Shown piece after piece: positions 36,650-48,303 of a stretch of DNA of 64,000 nucleotides (the stretch's first letter is position 1; each line of letters begins with the position of its first letter). Position numbers and translations under genes: made by a program. Source of the stretch: Psammoneis japonica (taxonomy: Eukaryota). The stretch covers positions 1 to 64,000 of the forward strand of contig QPGO01000091.1 of the NCBI GenBank assembly GCA_008632985.1. The letters are read 5' to 3'. The notes under the pieces are model-generated. The model saw only the letters and a program-made list of their open reading frames with translations. It had not been told where the DNA came from and made no database searches.

Positions 36650-38109
36650 TCTCTCCCAGCATCTGTCCCACCCTCCTCACCATGGTGTGTCTGCATTGGC
36701 CCCCACCAAAAAACATGAACTGTGCATGTGACAGCTGTTGCATTCCCAATTTGCCCTCTGCGCCAGAGCCAATGTCCACACATGTGCAGCAAACACACCA
36801 ACACACAATGCCGTCTTCTGTCAGATCCTGTTCACCATCCAGGATCAACTTGATTTGTGGAGTGGGATGGAAGACCACAACCTCCACATGCCCTTCGAGC
36901 CATTCCCATGCCCTTCATTCCATTTCTGGGACAGGTTGCCTGCAACACCAACGTGTCCACTCTCTCACTGTTTTTGCATGCGACCAGTCTCCCTCTTTGT
37001 GTCTTGGCCTTGCTTGATGCATTTGGTGCTTTGTCTCCAATTCTTCTTGGTTGAATTGTCCGCAATGACAGATGCCAGGGTGAGAAAGGATGCAATCATC
37101 GTCCCCTCCCCAAAAGAGATGCACCATGTCACCCCACTCCTTTCCCCATTTTGTGCAGTCATCAACCACATGTTCTCCTTTTTTTGCACATGGAGAACAT
37201 CCTTGTCGAAAAACTGGTGATGTCTCAAGACTGGGTGCATGAAGTTTGTGAACACTCTGAATGGATGACCCAGCACAAAATGAGAGTGCAACATTCCAGG
37301 AACAATTCATGCAAATGTTCCAGGTTGGTCATTGAAAATAGATTTCCATGGTGACTGACAACAAAGTTTGTCTTCTGCCTCATGAAAGCAACAGAGCAAC
37401 CACCTGTTTTGCCTCCCCAGTGCCGGCACAGTGCAGCCAAATGAAGGGAAGGAACACAACAACGATCGGTTGTTTTGTTGCCTTTCTTTGTGTTGATGTC
37501 TGAAGGGTCATTGTGGCCAAACAAAATTTGTCCAGGGGTGAACCAAGGGATGTTGCAAACTTGCTTGATGTGTTCAGAAACAGCGACAAACCCAGAAATC
37601 ATGACAGGATCATTGACAGGCCAGACATGGCCAATCAGCACACCATTGTGTGAATTCTTCTTTCCCGTGCATTGACTGGATGTGAAGCCACAGTCCGCAA
37701 ACATGCCAAGCATCTGGCAAACAGCAGTGCAAGAAGAGGAAGAGCTGGTGGTGGGAGTTTTGCCGGCTTTCTTGGAGAGGGCCTTGAAATCCGTTAGATC
37801 AAGGATGGGGTGGCCCTCATTGACGATGTGAAGGCAGTTGTTGCGGTGGCTCTGGCTTGGAAGACAGACTTCAAATTGGATGGCACCATTGTTGCGGAAC
37901 TGTGCAGCAGCCCAGTGCATGTCTGAGTGTGCCATCATGCAATGACAGTGCTTCCCATCGGCACAAACAGATGCCTGACCCCTGTCTAGATTGGGCAGCA
38001 CAAAGTGAGTGCAAGTGGCGTGTGTCCAACGAACATGGCTGGCCCACCAAAGCTTGCAAAGTGCAGAAGCTCTCTTCCAACAGGATTGTTTGGGCTCCTT
38101 GCAGACCAT
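36650..38109 (-). pseudogene. Heavily decayed possible copy C of the HxD/helical family
   Basis: ADCGFTSSQ, ILFGHNDPSD (His codon 37513-37515), SVAFMRQ, FGEGTMIASFLTLASVI in the same order as copies A and B. Confidence 0.3.
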
Positions 38110-38499
38110 GCCAATGTCCTCGAGTCCTCTCCATTGTCTGGGAACAGAGCGTGGGACAGTGGATGACTGTCAAGTGTCAACGGGAGGGGGTGGCCCCACA
38201 TTGTCCAGAAGTTCCGGGCCATGCGCACTCCATTCATTTGTGGTTGCATCAGTTGAGGAAGTGCTTGTCGACGACACATCTGGTGACACAGCAACGGGAG
38301 GCAAAGACGCTGCTGCAACATTGGAGGGGGGGACCTGGGTTCAACATGTGGGAACATTTGCCAAAGAGCAGGGGGGAAGTGGCAGAAGACAAACCTGTGT
38401 GTCGGTCAATGGAGTCAACAAAACCAAGATCAACACCGTTGCAAATGCTGCCTGAGGCAGCATCATGGCAATCGACCATGCTCAGAATGTGACAGCCTC

Positions 38500-38805
38500 C
38501 AAAAGCTGCACCCCTGCAAAAGGCAGGGGCCATGGGATGAACCCTGGCAGCACACTCTCCGGCTCGCAAGCCAAGAAAGTGAGATCTGGCGGCTGCACCC
38601 CCCCCAAGTGAGGAGGGAGCTGGGGATGCAAACTGACAAAATCAGTGCAGGGAGCATCCACAGACATGGCTGCACCCCCAATCAGAGTGGGAGCCATTGG
38701 ATGAACCCTGGCAGCAACGTCAGACAAGCCACTGAACAGAACAGGATGTCCGGCTGCACCCCCAACAACAATGGGGGCCATGGGATGAACACCCTGGTGG
38801 CAGCA
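38500..38805 (+). repeat. Three dispersed ~50-bp repeats
   Basis: gctgcacccc...ggggccatgggatgaaccctggcagca-like units near 38505, 38668 and 38751. Confidence 0.8.
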
Positions 38806-39708
38806 CAGTGGGCATCTCTGGTGCCATCCAAGCAAGGCAGCACTGCATAAATCTGAGCAGACAAAGACAGTTCTTGATCCAGCAACTTCACTTCCCAATC
38901 CTCAGCTGCACTGTCATGATGCTTCTTTGACAAACGAGATGTTGGCGGACACCCCGCCTTGCCTTTGAGGAGCCTGATTGGGAGGAGCAGCAACCCATGG
39001 CACCAGTGAGGATGTGTTGTTTGAATGGCAAAATGAAGCTGGACGGCAACAACATGGGAGCTGGTGCAAAAAATTGTGAACAAAAATTTCATGACAAGGA
39101 TGCAAGCAAGCAAACAAAAAATTTGGAGCAAACAAACTTGTGGGTTGAGCAAATGGGACATTGACACAATCAAAGGCTGAAGGCTGGAATTTTTGCAATC
39201 GTTGGAAAATGGAAAATGGCTTCACCATGGGGAAATGAGAGGTGGGAGATTGCACAAAAAATTAGAGCATCAGACAAACAGAGAAGAAGAAATTTGCATG
39301 GGCAGCCCATGCAGAGAACATGCAGGAAGGAAGCCCTCTGGGAAACATTGGGTGAGTGTGTTTGCTTTGAGCGGATGAGACAAATCAAATCAAGCAAATG
39401 TCAATTAAGTTTGTCTGGGGTTCTGGGGTCAGGCGGGCACAGCTGGAATCATGAGGGGTGGTGTGAAAACAATGAAGGCTGGCTAAATCAAATGAACTTG
39501 ACCCCTCATTTGAGGAACCAAACCCCCCCCAGCAGAACAATTTGACCCCCTCGTTGGACCCGCCTCTTGTGCGGACATTGTTGTTGATTGTTGTCCCAGT
39601 GTTTGTGGATCTTGGTCATCCTCTCTTTGTTCTGCTGTTCTGGTCCTCTTTTTTTCAGATGTTCTCTTTCTTTCTTGATGAGCAATTCATTGCACATCGG
39701 GGGAGAGT

Positions 39709-39862
39709 GACAGACATCCAACAAGACGGGGAGCACACTCCCTTGTGTCAGACAGACTGGCACAGAGAGACTGGAGAGATCCGATGATCTCTCCTTTGCT
39801 CACTTTCTTTCTTCTCCGGCACATGATTGCCATCTGTCCCAGATGTCATTGGATTGTCCCAA
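39709..39862 (+). repeat. ~155-bp inverted repeat, left arm (partner 43061-43212)
   Basis: tgacagacatccaa...ggggagcacactcccttgtgt...tgtcccagatgtcattggattgtcccaa is the reverse complement of the partner. Confidence 0.9.
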
Positions 39863-42800
39863 GCCTGCAGTTCACAAAAATGCATGCGACAACAAGGCAT
39901 GAAAACTCCCTGCCCCTTGACATTTTCCAGAAACATTTTCTGGCGCGAGGCAAGCAAAGCCAAAATTGCTGATGTGCGTGTGACATCTGTTCAAGCACAG
40001 CTTTGTTGTTTGACTTGTCTCTTCAAGAGCCTCGTCAGCCAACAAATCCCAAGACATCCTTGTCTTCTGCTGTGCTTGACATGTTTTGCGCTGCATTTCT
40101 GGGATTTGATTGGCTTGCTCATTCTCTGACAAACACTCCAAGTGATCACAACTCAGAACAAAGCATGCAACAACAAGGCACAAAGACTCCCAACCTCCCT
40201 GCACTTTCTAGAGACATTTTGTGGCAAGTCAAGTGAAATCTGGGTTGCAAGGCAACAGTGACACCACACACAAAAAATGTGCAGCAGCAACATGCTGAGT
40301 GCATTGCCCACAGTGCACAGTCACAGAAGCCGTGCAACTTTTCCTGCCACAAATGCCCAATGTTTGCAGCATGTCAGCTTCAACAAGACAGTTGAACTTG
40401 GGGCTTTTTTGCTTTTGGGGAGGAACATCCTCTGTGTGTCCACTGCAAGATTTGAGCCATCACCCTGACTCGGCAAGCAAAAAGAACGACAGGCCTGAAT
40501 TGGCGCGCATTGTGTGCAACACATGCAATTCAGGGAGCAAGATTGCCAGAGACAGACTTGACATCTTTTTTGTGCATGAACTTGCACTGGCAATGCCCCC
40601 AAATGCACTGACAGGCAGACATCTTTCAGCCAGCATCTGGCCAGCCAACGCTGGAGACATTGCCCAGAAAGGCCAGCACTCATCACATTTGGTGTCAAAC
40701 AATGTCAACTGTGCCTGAGTCAGTCAAGGTGGGGCCAGTTGGTCATGCACATTTGGGTTTGATGCGATGTGCAACCAGCCATGCCCTGGAAAAAAGCTGT
40801 TGGCATGAGCAGAAGTGTGAGATGCACACAAAACACTGTGAGTCCTTGTTTCAATGCAACAAACATGGAATGGGTCAAAATGTTGTAAAATGACCCAACA
40901 ACAAGCAATGACAAGAATCCCAATTTCACCCAGGAATGAAGCACATTGAACAACTGCCACTTTGATCGTCTCATCTGGAAATTCAAAATGCCTGCTCACA
41001 GATCCACATGAGAACTTGCTTGTCATGCTGCCATTTGCATGGAGGGGGGGGGGGGGGGTGTTGTTTTGCCAACAGCAACTCTGTTTTGGTGATGATGACA
41101 GATGAAAATGTTCACCTCCACCAAAAAACTGTTGGCAGCCATCACATGTGTCACCAATCATTGGCAGCTGTGTCAGCAGCAATCAAGGTGGGAAGAGACT
41201 AAGTCCCTCAATTGTTCACAGGTGTCATCAATGCTGGGTTGCCTTCAAAATGTTTTTGACCTCACTGCAGTCCCCACCACTGTGAACAAAGCAAATGTCT
41301 GCCACCTGCTGGTTGCATTCATTCATGACAACCATGCAGACTGAATCATGTGCTCTCACACTCAATGCAGAAGTGGTCATGACAAATGCAAACTTGACGA
41401 CCTTGTGTGACTTGTTGCTGCAACGAATCTTCCCCAACACCATTTCAAGACATCTCTCAAACTGTGGCAGCTTTGAACTTGTGCAATTCACAAAGAACCT
41501 TTGGAGAAGCTGTCTGGATGGAGGATTGTGTTTGATTGCCACTTCAAACTCAGTCATCACAGCTGCTTCAAAAGCCAGTTTCTGGCCTGCACACTCTGCT
41601 GCATCACACCTTGCAATTTTGGGTTGAAGCACTTGGCTTGAAATGACCGCTCCTTCATTTCAAAAAGTTGTTCTTCTGCTTTGCAACAAGCTTGTTGTGC
41701 ACAGCATTGAAGCTTCTCTTTGCAGATGCTGATTGAAAAAGTGGTTGGACAGCTGCGCCACACAAGAGAAGGAATGGCAGTGTCACACATCCAAAGCCAA
41801 CGACAGCCAAGGAACCAAAAATCCAAGCTTGAATCAACTTGGCAACCAACAAAGCATTGGCGGGGGTGTCCATGAGCAATGGACGATGGTGGTGCACAGG
41901 TGGCAAGCAACTCAGTCTAGTGCAACATTGTTGATGACAGCGGGCAGTCCACAACGGGGGTGAACATGGCCATCTTTGCATGGAACAACAGAGCAGCCAG
42001 AAACAAAAAACTTTGTGGTCTTGAGCAGGCAGGTGTGGACATTGGTGGGATGCACCGCTGACTTGGTGGGAAGTTGAAGGGATCCAGCATCAACATCTGC
42101 AGGTGGCTCACCCGCAGGTGCCACAACAGACAGAGTGGACTTGACATGCAACGTGGCATCATCATCCAAAGGATCCATCCCCCAGCATCAACAGCAAGTG
42201 CATCTTTGACATGAGAATTTTCATTCTTCCTGGCAGTCTTGGTGGCAGGAGCCACATCTTGAACCACAGATGCAACAGACAAATCAGAGCCTCCAGGAGA
42301 AAGAGAACGCTCATCAATGCATTGGCCACAGCTTGCTCATGCTCTTTTTTGGACCATGCAAATGAGCAGCTGAGGCCCTGGCAAATCTTCAGCGGCCAGT
42401 TAAACCTGCAGCAGCCGGTGGAGATGAAGAACTTGATGGGGCACAAGAAGATTTTGGGTGTGGAGCATCAGACATGTCATCCCAACATTCACAAGACTCA
42501 AAACCAGATCAAAAATGGAGACAGATGGTCTCAACACATGTCGTTGTGGCACCCTGATCATCTCCACAAAGAGAGGAACACCTTGTCCATGATTGGTCCA
42601 ATCCGTTTGAGGTTTTCAGTCATGGCAGCTTGGGGGTGACAAGATTTTGAACAATTTTGTGACGGAGAGTTGCGGCGGCATTGCTCTTGAGGCTTGGCGG
42701 AGCAAATCCATCATCCAGACAATCTTTGGGAGGAGCAGGCATCTTGTTTGAATGAAGGGTGTTCAGGCAATGATGGGAGTCAGGCAAGCAATTGTGTGTT

Positions 42801-43060
42801 TTGAGTTCAACCAGTGTTGACTTGATCTTGGTCAAATTGATGGCATTTGTGTTCTTGTTGACCGTGGCTGCATGGGAGAAAAATCAAACTCCGGCAGCAC
42901 AATGGGTGCAATGATCACAAATCTAGAGAGAGAAATGGCTGTGACAAAGATGATGGTTTCAACAGAGAAATGTTGCCAAGTCACACAATGGGCATTGAAG
43001 TGCAGTTGTTTTGAGGAAGACAAACCTGCACTGTGGCTCACAACCTTGTGGACTGCTGGC

Positions 43061-43212
43061 ATTGGGACAATCTAATGACATCTGGGACAATGGCAATCAT
43101 GCACTAGAGAAGAGAGAAAGTGAGCAAAGGAGAGATCATCAGATCTCACCAGTGCATCTGTGCCAGTCTGTTCAACACAAGGGAGTGTGCTCCCCTTCTT
43201 GGATGTCTGTCA
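43061..43212 (-). repeat. ~155-bp inverted repeat, right arm
   Basis: Reverse-complement match to 39709-39862; both arms translate to EK.ESEQRRDH.ISPV.LCQSV. Confidence 0.9.
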
Positions 43213-43232
43213 AAATTTGTCAGCAGCAACGC

Positions 43233-43711
43233 CACAGACGGAATCATCAATGAAGGCGCCAATCATTGCACCATTCGCTTGTTTGTCTCAACACAATGAC
43301 ATCACCAATGGGGTCATCAGAAGCAAACATTTCTTTGGCGCCACACCCACTTTCACAGAAACAATCCTCAAATGAAGAGACACTGCCACCAGCTCCACAT
43401 TGAACCAAGTTCAGCAGCATGGAATCTACGTGGGGGGGATGAGTCATCATTGGAGCCAGAAAGCCTGCATCATCTGCTGCACACTGTGCCAAATCCATGC
43501 ACAAGAAGACCAGAGGCAGAACAGCAGAGACAGTGCTCAAATGAAGAGTTGCCACCATCAGCTTGATTGAATCAAATTCAGCACCAGCAAGGAATCCAAG
43601 TGGAGGACAAGCAGTCATTGGAGCCAGCAAAAAAACCTGTGCTGCCTGCCATGTGCTGCACCAAATCCATGTGCAAGGCAAAGGTCAACATGGAAAGCAT
43701 TGGCCATGGCA
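43233..43711 (+). repeat. ~490-bp direct repeat, copy 2
   Basis: Matches 27930-28418. Confidence 0.92.
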
Positions 43712-45063
43712 GAGTCCACAAGTGCCAAGGCTGGTTGAGGCTTTGGTGTGCAGCATTGAAGCAAACCAGAAAGTTGTGAGTGTTTGATTTTTGAACAGGC
43801 AAGATGCGTCATCCAACATGTTGTTGATGGGGCCCGGCACAGGCAGCTCTTGAGGGCCAGACAGTGGTGGCATCATCAATGCAGGGTGCTCATGTGCAGG
43901 ACAGCTGCAGCGGGCTTGAACATGGTGGTTGACCCCCCTTGCAATGCCAGCACATGGTGTTGAGATCATCTGTGTTGCCCTCTCGGTGGTGCGCTCATGG
44001 ATGTCAAAACAGCGAGCATTGGTGTTTTGGTGCAGCAGCTTGCCAATGATTTCAAGGTCAGAATTGGCAATCATCTCACATGTGGTTGGACCTCATGGCC
44101 TCATGGTGAGCACACAGCAGACAGATGCTGGGAACGGATGTCACCACACAATGGGGGCTGGGGTTGTGGGCGCCGTTGTGGACATGTCGCCATTGTGGAT
44201 TTTCTGGTGCAGTGAGACGGTCACATCGCGGGTCACAGCGGATTCATTGGGAAGCCACACACCCCCTGCCCCCAATCTGGGAGCGTCATGGGAGCCTGCA
44301 AGGACCAGTTCGAGTGGCACAAGCTTGCGGGCAGGAGGTGCGTTGGGGGGTGTGAGGCGAGGCCAGCACAGTGCAGCCATCGGAAGTCGGGCAGTGCTTG
44401 GTGGACTCAATCGTGGAGGCAGAGACAGTTGTTTTTTTTTGGCATGTCATGGCTTGCAGGCCACTGGAGCACAGTTCTCCCAATGTGCTGCGCCACTTGT
44501 TGAGGGACAACAGTTTCTGAGAGGGTGGAATGGAGGCCATGATCGGAGCGGATGTCAGCGATTTTGGCTGGGCGATCCTGCGAATTTCGCGTGGCCAAAA
44601 CCCTCAAGCAAACGCACTGATTGACAGACTTTTTCAGTACAAATTCTACACAAGATCTTCGGGCAGCAGCTGGCTGGAGATAATAGTCTAGTCCCCCTGC
44701 AGCCAGGTCGGATCGGATGAAGCAAAGAAAAGCTTTCGACTGCTACAGCATTATCTTCTGGTGTTCTTGTTGTCTTCTGGCCGATGCCTACTGTTTCGGA
44801 TTTTTGGAGAGAGTGACAAAGAACGGGTAGATTATTTTTAACTATGCTCATTGCGGGATGCAAACTGGATTGATTTGCACTCTATGATAAGACGAAGACT
44901 TCGAGTGTGACTCGGTTGCAGTGTACGAGTACACCGTGTAATTTATCGAGTACATCGGCCACGATGGTGACTCCCTCCGTGGCGGCTACCCAGAGCTCAC
45001 AGCCGTTGTTGTTTGGTTGGTTCAATCCCGTGTTGAGTAATCTTGAAGCGGCCAAGATTGAAG

Positions 45064-46461
45064 ATGCTAAAATCGGATGAATGTCGTGCCCTTGTCCAGA
45101 CGGGGGAGGAGGAGGAGGAGGAGGAGGAGGAAAAAGATGAAATCGAAACCCGACAAGCTGCGCAGCCAGGGTATCGTCGCAAATTTGGCGCAAGGCTCGC
45201 GTTTGTTTATCTTCTGCTTTTTGCCTTGTTCATAACTATGCTGGTGATGATGGGAAATGAGAAGAAACTGCCGCAAGTCAAAAAAATCTTCACGGGAAAC
45301 ACTGCACTCGAGAGCAAAAGCGCCAACATCACTACTGCAGGAGGGAACGTGACAGCTGATGTGAATGCGCTTAGCCTGATTGATACATCTTCTAGCTACA
45401 AAGGTGAATTCCCACCTTCGTGGTCGAATTTTCCGAGAACGAGATTTACTAACCGCGTCCTTGGCATTATCGGTAGTTGGAACATGAGCTGGAATCCAAC
45501 AGACTGTTTCTACTCCCTGTCGATCATTGTCCCAACCCCATACAGCACACCAGTAGTCGAATGCCCCGATGGCATTGACCCGACGAAGATTCGTTGCGAC
45601 TTCATGACTCACATCTTTCAGTCGAGAGTCATGGCTTACAATGTGACCATTGGATTCGAAATTGGAGATGAAACTTCGGAAGAAAAAGCGAACTCAGCTT
45701 GCTTCGTCAGCTCCAGCCCCGGAGGAAAGCATGGAATGACGGATTCTTGTGCAATGGAGCAAATGAATGGCAGATATGATCAATATCATGACAGCACGGA
45801 GTGGCGTTCTTCGATATTCTATGCGGATAAACCATGGGAGGAGCGCAGTTCGACGCCAGTGTTTCGAGGATCGGCTTGGCAAATTTTCGGAAATCGACTA
45901 GATCAACTTTGCAACGATCCGAATGCAACTTTTGAACAAATTCTGGCTGAACTACCAGAGCGTTACCGTGCCGTTGACTTTTCTTACAACCACCCTGATC
46001 TCTTGGACGCCAAGTTCAGTTCTGGAGGCACATTTGATTGCAAGGAACACAATGACAGCATTTCTCACCTTGCTACTGCTGATAGTATCAGAAAAAATGA
46101 GTATTACAGCAATTATCAGGTGGCGTTGGTCCTGAAGGGTCTTGGAGCAGCATTTCGTTTGCAAGATCACTTGATGACAAGGACTGCTGTAGTTCTGCAA
46201 GATTATGGAAAGGTGCTGTGGTACACTCCATATTTGAAACCATATGTACACTACATACCGCTTTCAGAAGATCTACATGATTTGGAGGAGGTACTCCTTT
46301 GGGTCCGAGACAATCCAGAAAAGGTCAAGGAAATCGCGGACAACGGTCGAGCTTTCTATGATAAATACTTGACGTACCAACAAAATGAGGAGCACTTCTA
46401 CGAACTTGCCTATCGTCTCTCCGAGTATTTTCATTTCAAGAAGGCTGATCCTGAGGATTAG
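45064..46461 (+). CDS. Glycosyltransferase family 90 (CAP10 domain), type II membrane protein
   Basis: N-terminal TM; PVFRGS; LKPYVHYIPLSEDLHDLEEVLLWVRDNPEKVKEIADNGR. Confidence 0.88.
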   Translation: MLKSDECRALVQTGEEEEEEEEEKDEIETRQAAQPGYRRKFGARLAFVYLLLFALFITMLVMMGNEKKLPQVKKIFTGNTALESKSANITTAGGNVTADVNALSLIDTSSSYKGEFPPSWSNFPRTRFTNRVLGIIGSWNMSWNPTDCFYSLSIIVPTPYSTPVVECPDGIDPTKIRCDFMTHIFQSRVMAYNVTIGFEIGDETSEEKANSACFVSSSPGGKHGMTDSCAMEQMNGRYDQYHDSTEWRSSIFYADKPWEERSSTPVFRGSAWQIFGNRLDQLCNDPNATFEQILAELPERYRAVDFSYNHPDLLDAKFSSGGTFDCKEHNDSISHLATADSIRKNEYYSNYQVALVLKGLGAAFRLQDHLMTRTAVVLQDYGKVLWYTPYLKPYVHYIPLSEDLHDLEEVLLWVRDNPEKVKEIADNGRAFYDKYLTYQQNEEHFYELAYRLSEYFHFKKADPED

Positions 46462-46659
46462 TTGCATAGAAGTTAAGCCAAGAATTTTGCATGGGTTTTG
46501 TTCGTGAATAACACGGAAGGTGGATCAGTGCGGATATGTTATGTGTTCTACGACTGCCCTTTGAATTATTTAGGCCGAATTTGATCGGAAGGTGTAACGG
46601 TTGTAGGGTTTCAATTTCAATGTGACATGATGAAGAGGGAGTGATTATTGCAACTATTA

Positions 46660-46951
46660 GCTTCTGTGATCTTTGCTGCGATCACTTTGCATGTCCTTGC
46701 TTGTTAGAAATCCACAATGTTCAGCCATGCCACCATTGGTCATGCAACACAATGACTGCCGCTGGGGATCAACTTTGCCCTTTGCCATGTTTTGCATCCA
46801 ACACACAGCTGCCAAACTCACCACCATCATCACAGTGACAGTCCTTGCACTCATTGCTCCATTGTGTCAAACTCATGACCAAGCATCATTGTCATCATCC
46901 ACGAGCCATGACTGAACTGTCTCCTGAGTGGGATCAACATGATCAGAGAGA

Positions 46952-47003
<52 letters not shown>

Positions 47004-48200
47004 ATGCACCATTGATCACCATTTCAGATCAGAGACCAGATCAGAGACCAGCTCTGATCCTCTCACAATGTCCAAAACATCTCTTTGTGCAGCACGGCAC
47101 CAACTTTCTTTGGCCAATTTCAGCTTGTCTCACCTGTCAGCATGAGATATGATCACACCTCAGTGCCCATCAGGCAAGACCTGCTTTGTTCTTTTTCTTC
47201 ATCCTCTTGGTTGCAACACCTCTGTGTTTCGGGCTTTTTCCACTTCTGAGGCTCTTTTGGCTCACAAGGGGCATGTGACTCTGTGTTTCTTTTAAGCAGC
47301 TCTGCCCAGGCCCATGGTTGGACAGCCATTGCTGCCAACAAGGCCACCGCCCATGATTTCCATCACAATCAAGATGCTGGAGGAAGAACACCCAGCCAGC
47401 CAGGAGCACACCTGGTGTTTTGCACTTGGCACACAAAAGACACCTGTGCTCATGACATGAATCCCTGTGCATGCACACAAGCTTCTTCACTGGGGCTGTT
47501 GCACTGAGAGGTTGTGATGGAATGCCACACTGCTGGGGACATGCAGTGGCCAAACAATTGAGTTTTCAGCACACAATGCCCATTTTTTGAACGTCACAAT
47601 GGCCCCATCAAACCAGCTCAACAACCCAGCTCTTGCAAATTCACTTCCCCCACCAATGCCAAGATGGATCTTGTGAGTTGTTTCACTCAAAACAAGGAAA
47701 CCTCATGTCAACTCTTTGGAGACAACACTCACATCTCATGTGGTCACAAGGACAAAAAATTGGGCTTCTTGCCTTGTTGACGACATTTCTTTGCCGCTGG
47801 GTGCAAGGGCGATGGAGATGATGCCCCCACGGTTTGACCTGTCCCACTTGCTTGCTCTCAGGAAGATTGGACCAATGAAATGAAAAAAAGCCAGTGTTGA
47901 AAAATCTTCAAGTTCTCTCACCGCATCATGGTCACACCCTTTGCCCCATGCAACAGTTTGGCTCGTTGTCGAAGCTTTTGTCCATCGGTCAACTTTGACA
48001 AAACTTGCATGCAGTCAGGATCTCATTCTTCTCAGATGTCTCTGTGCTCTTGGCCATGGAGAAACACTGGACAATGGCATTCCAGTGCTCGGAGCACTGA
48101 AAAAACAGTCCAAAGTGTGGGATGAGCATTTTATTGAGGGCATCTTCGTCACTGCGCTGCGGTGCTTTTTTGCAGTGCCACGACGAAGTCCAGACGGAAC
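46660..48200. mobile_element. Small TpA-depleted TE remnant between host genes
   Basis: TA-poor island flanked by TA-normal genes; no family recognised. Confidence 0.55.
46955..47001 (+). repeat. (CT)n microsatellite
   Basis: About 23 CT units. Confidence 0.98.
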
Positions 48201-48303
48201 CGGCGCCGCAACGATCATAACGCATAACGCAACGACCACCCCGCCCTATTCAATGCACATTGTCAATTGGGCACGGCACTGCTGGGCAATCAAGTTGAAG
48301 AGA

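Larger units (their letters stand above)
27820..44660. mobile_element. Second TpA-depleted TE block (~16.8 kb), possibly a composite DNA transposon
   Basis: TA depletion with sharp edges; 13/14-bp inverted match at both edges; ~490-bp direct repeats near both ends; transposase-like fragment inside. Confidence 0.65.

Noticed and set aside
41044..41058. Poly-G run as a functional G-quadruplex
   Set aside because: Single homopolymer in degraded sequence with no supporting context
1..44600. Hundreds of overlapping Cys/His-rich ORFs as real genes or metal-binding proteins
   Set aside because: Expected artefact of losing TAA/TAG and gaining TG/CA
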